DNA of 64,000 nt from positions 16,199 through 80,198 of IMG/VR virus record IMGVR_UViG_3300028486_000080. The stretch is one strand, 5' to 3'. The translations under genes and the position numbers were made by a program. This document shows, one piece after another, positions 63,724 through 64,000 of the stretch; position 1 is the stretch's first letter; each line of letters opens with the position of its first letter. Source of the stretch: a virus (Duplodnaviria > Heunggongvirae > Uroviricota > Caudoviricetes). The notes beneath the pieces are model-generated. The model had not been told where the DNA came from and searched no databases. It saw nothing but the letters and a program-made list of their open reading frames with translations.

Positions 63724-63933
63724 CTAAGCCCTCATCATCCGGCGAATGTCGCACCTCAACCGCTCGATACTGCGGCAGTCACTAGGGGTGCCCCCGGTTA
63801 TGTAGCGTATGCGCCTCCCGTTGTGCTCGAATATGATGCGCACATGCCCGCCCTTGGTCATGTCCAGTGAAGCATCCTTGACGCCTATCGCCTCAAGTGC
63901 CGACTGTAACTGCCGTTTCCTTTTCTTCTGCAT
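63724..63933 (-). CDS. HicA-like small protein
   Basis: TKGGHVRI...GGTPSDCRSIERLRCDIRR pattern. Confidence 0.5.
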   Translation of the reverse strand: MQKKRKRQLQSALEAIGVKDASLDMTKGGHVRIIFEHNGRRIRYITGGTPSDCRSIERLRCDIRRMMRA

Positions 63934-64000
63934 ACTTACGCCGCTTCAACTTTGCGGTGCAAACCTTCATGGGGGTATGCAGCATCAAGCTCGCAATCTA

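Overview
This 64 kb window is a fragment of a large lytic dsDNA phage of an alphaproteobacterium. The gene set (rIIA/rIIB, T7-like family A DNA polymerase, RecD/Dda and SNF2 helicases, RtcB) resembles phiCbK-like large siphophages; that assignment is inference. No capsid, tail, terminase, integrase, rRNA or CRISPR array was seen. Layout: 1-37.9 kb is a mostly minus-strand replication, DNA-modification and accessory block; 38-45.7 kb is a plus-strand run of small genes; 45.8-46.3 kb is non-coding; 46.3-63.6 kb is an early-gene-like region of small cassettes whose two arms converge on a repeat-rich hub at 50.2-52.3 kb. The strongest signal is an apparent phage module for rewiring the host CtrA cell-cycle circuit. 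It comprises (i) a CtrA DNA-binding domain with no receiver domain (27261-27650), (ii) a SciP/DUF1153 homolog (3729-3995), (iii) about 12 promoters built as a TTAA-N7-TTAA CtrA-type box followed by a -10 element, (iv) a 250 bp array with 24 TTAA half-sites mostly at non-canonical N2/N9 spacing, and (v) TAACCTTA palindromes inside sigma70 promoters. Other leads are a GGAGTCGA leader motif in about 18 early genes, a degenerate tRNA-Glu-like leader, a small protein ending in Gly-Gly with a partner gene, a TusA-like protein, an MTase-nuclease-AIPR cassette, a minimal protein kinase and a probably inactive GH114-like protein. All protein calls come from motif recognition by eye; no database searches were run.
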